Assembly (NCBI RefSeq): GCF_001194135.2
Contig: NC_068984.1
Span: 11,862,266 to 11,926,265 of the forward strand
DNA: 64,000 bases
Direction: 5' to 3'
From: Octopus bimaculoides
Lineage: Eukaryota
A program made the translations under genes and the position numbers. The notes under the pieces were generated by a model that saw only the letters and a list, made by a program, of their open reading frames with translations, was not told where the DNA came from and made no database searches. Below, piece after piece: positions 63,996 to 64,000 of this stretch; the first letter of the stretch is position 1, and each line of letters opens with the position of its first letter.

Positions 63996-64000
63996 ATTGA

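Overview
AT-rich eukaryotic genomic DNA, very probably from an octopus: it carries the abundant tRNA-headed octopus SINE families, RTE-type 3' ends with (GAT)n tails, and two N gaps. I can support two convergent protein-coding genes, and I recognise neither by name. Gene A (+) has two coding exons (19031-19094, 20183-20562) and encodes a 147-aa type I membrane microprotein with a signal peptide, a ~16-aa ectodomain, one TM helix and a Pro/Tyr-rich tail carrying both PTAP and PSAP motifs. Gene B (-) has four coding exons (51081-51022, 47522-47355, 42443-42377, 39290-36904) and encodes an 893-aa probably nuclear protein with a Cys-rich N-terminus, a C2HC-type zinc finger, a DSGYST degron-like motif, an LKLVIK motif and SUMO-interacting-like motifs. 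The rest is intron or intergenic sequence full of SINEs, LINE fragments and decayed mariner, Tc1-like, pogo and hAT elements and MITEs. The most unusual structure is a ~320-bp inverted repeat at 31168-31483 whose inner arms each carry a hammerhead-ribozyme core, one on each strand. The minus-strand copy can still be folded by eye into a complete type I hammerhead. All gene models, alignments and folds were done by eye; none was checked by computation.
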